A stretch of 64,000 nucleotides of DNA from assembly GCF_004010195.1 (NCBI RefSeq), contig NC_057730.1:32334271-32398270 (forward strand). The letters run 5' to 3'. A model generated the notes under the pieces. It searched no databases and was not told the origin of the DNA. It was given only the letters and a program-made list of their open reading frames with translations. The stretch comes from Chiloscyllium plagiosum (taxonomy: Eukaryota). The position numbers and the translations under genes were made by a program. How positions within the stretch are numbered: the stretch's first letter is position 1; each line of letters opens with the position of its first letter. Below, piece after piece: positions 63,241 through 64,000 of the stretch.

Positions 63241-63588
63241 TTGCTCTCTTTTGGAACAAACCTTGTATGTGGAATGATGCTTGCACGTCCATTCTGAGGA
63301 ATCGTTAGAATATGCTTATGTAAGTGCAAATTTTTGCAGTGGAAGGTATCTGGGCAGTTTTCTTTTCTGGTGTCACCTATATTTTAAATGGACTTTCTGG
63401 CTGATTTTTTTTTAAAATTACTCCATCCTAAAATAGAATAGAAAACAAACTAGCTGAGAGCAATTGAAAAAAGTGGGTAAGTGAGATTAATTGGATAATT
63501 GGTTGAAAGTGTTCTTGGGAACAATAGCTAAATGGACTCCCTCAGTACAGAAGATTTTGTGGGTGACCATTGTTTTATTTTTTAACAG

Positions 63589-63671
63589 AGAGAACAGAAA
63601 AAATCCCTATGGGCTCTATCAAAAATGTGATCACTGAACCTATTGAAGGACATGAAGACTATCACATGATG
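63589..63671 (+). CDS. UBFD1: UBFD1 exon 6 (83 nt); final exon beyond the window
   Basis: RTEKIPMGSIKNVITEPIEGHEDYHMM; TTTAACAG / GTGAGT. Confidence 0.97.
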
Positions 63672-63931
63672 GTGAGTTCTGAGCCTAGTACCTGATGAAT
63701 ATGGAGGGCATAGGGTTTCTGGATAATTGGGTGTGTTGGTCTATAATTAATATGCATAAATGTTTTGAGGGTTTCCTGAATTGATATGGGATCTGTGGCA
63801 TATTTGGTTGAGCTGAGATGCTTGGAAGGTGGGAGATGGGAGAGTGATCGGGTATAATGGAGTCTGGCAGAAGAAAATCATAGATGTTTGTATTGGATCA
63901 GTTGAAGGAAGAATAGAGTATGTGATGGAAT

Positions 63932-64000
63932 GGGTAAAAACAATGACTGCAGATGCTGGAAACCAGAGTCTAGATTAGAGTGGTGCTGGAAAAGCGCAGC
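63932..64000 (-). mobile_element. Penelope-like pLTR tail, runs off the window
   Basis: GTAAAAACAATGACTGCAGATGCTGGAAACCAGAG...GCTGGAAAAGCGCAGC; same subfamily as 37110-37170. Confidence 0.75.

Overview
Vertebrate genomic DNA, almost certainly elasmobranch (shark): it carries HE1-type V-SINEs, Deu-core SINEs, and abundant CR1 and Penelope-like elements. There are three protein-coding genes. (1) EARS2 first coding exon on the minus strand (330-483); its core promoter is a 106-bp unit repeated three times in tandem. (2) A complete, intact 13-exon MFSD11/UNC93-like transporter gene on the minus strand (37003 to 9081; 1335 nt CDS, 444 aa), reconstructed exon by exon with GT-AG sites and consistent phases. 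(3) UBFD1 coding exons 1-6 on the plus strand (48362-63671; the last exon lies outside the window). EARS2 and UBFD1 are head-to-head neighbours in human, so the MFSD11-like gene between them looks like a retained paralogue (probable 2R ohnologue) of MFSD11. The rest is mostly transposon debris. Notable parts of it are Penelope-like elements with minimal hammerhead-ribozyme cores, several fold-back (3'-ends-outward) Penelope insertions with target-site duplications (TSDs), and a TSD-flanked chimera of a Penelope tail with a full-length tRNA-Lys(CTT). There is one 659-nt assembly gap. All family assignments are by eye and from memory of reference sequences; repeat boundaries are approximate.
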